From Seison nebaliae (Eukaryota): a DNA stretch of 49,325 nucleotides. The position numbers and the translations under genes were made by a program. Shown one piece after another: positions 49,120 to 49,325 of the stretch; within the stretch, counting starts at the first letter, position 1; each line of letters begins with the position of its first letter. The stretch lies in contig JALJEE010000725.1 in assembly GCA_023231475.1 (NCBI GenBank), forward strand, positions 1 through 49,325, written 5' to 3'. Under the pieces are notes generated by a model, which saw only the letters and a program-made list of their open reading frames with translations, was not told the DNA's origin and searched no databases.

Positions 49120-49325
49120 AGAAAACCGGTTTTTTTAATTAAACGTTAAGCTAAAAATTTAAAATGACATTGAGACGCAAACAAACTCTAAAAAATCAAA
49201 CTTCTCTTTTACTAGATTTTGAGTCATCTATAGATGAAGAAGATAATCCTATATAAAAAGATAAAAGACTGAAGAAGATGACATATAGATAGATAAAGAT
49301 AGAATATAGATAGAAATTTATATTC

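Overview
Very AT-rich, gene-dense animal (probably spiralian invertebrate) nuclear DNA. Most introns are about 40-60 nt, so the ORF track fragments most genes; I spliced the models by hand and exon boundaries are unverified. Recognisable genes: BAG1-like, EEFSEC, MRPL35-like, nidogen-like, GAL3ST-family sulfotransferase, SCFD1/SLY1, presenilin, an EGFR/ErbB-like RTK, ADF/cofilin, PFDN1, RPP38-like, HINT3, BAP18-like, PEN-2 and tRNA-Trp(CCA). There are also several orphan secreted or single-pass membrane genes and a retroelement graveyard at the right end. Most striking observations: (1) an apparently unknown secreted multi-copy peptide precursor with 8 [NDE]TNI(V/I/F/M)(V/I) units, 6 directly after KR/RR; (2) nearly all inferred introns start GTT rather than GT(A/G); (3) a roughly 330-bp nested foldback with a 52-bp stem ending just before the HINT3 ATG; (4) operon/trans-splice-like spacing of same-strand genes; (5) a PBS-protease-integrase LTR relic with no gag or RT, plus a LINE fragment, packed around a tRNA-Trp gene with an atypical G73; (6) presenilin and PEN-2 about 20 kb apart, flanking an ErbB-like receptor.
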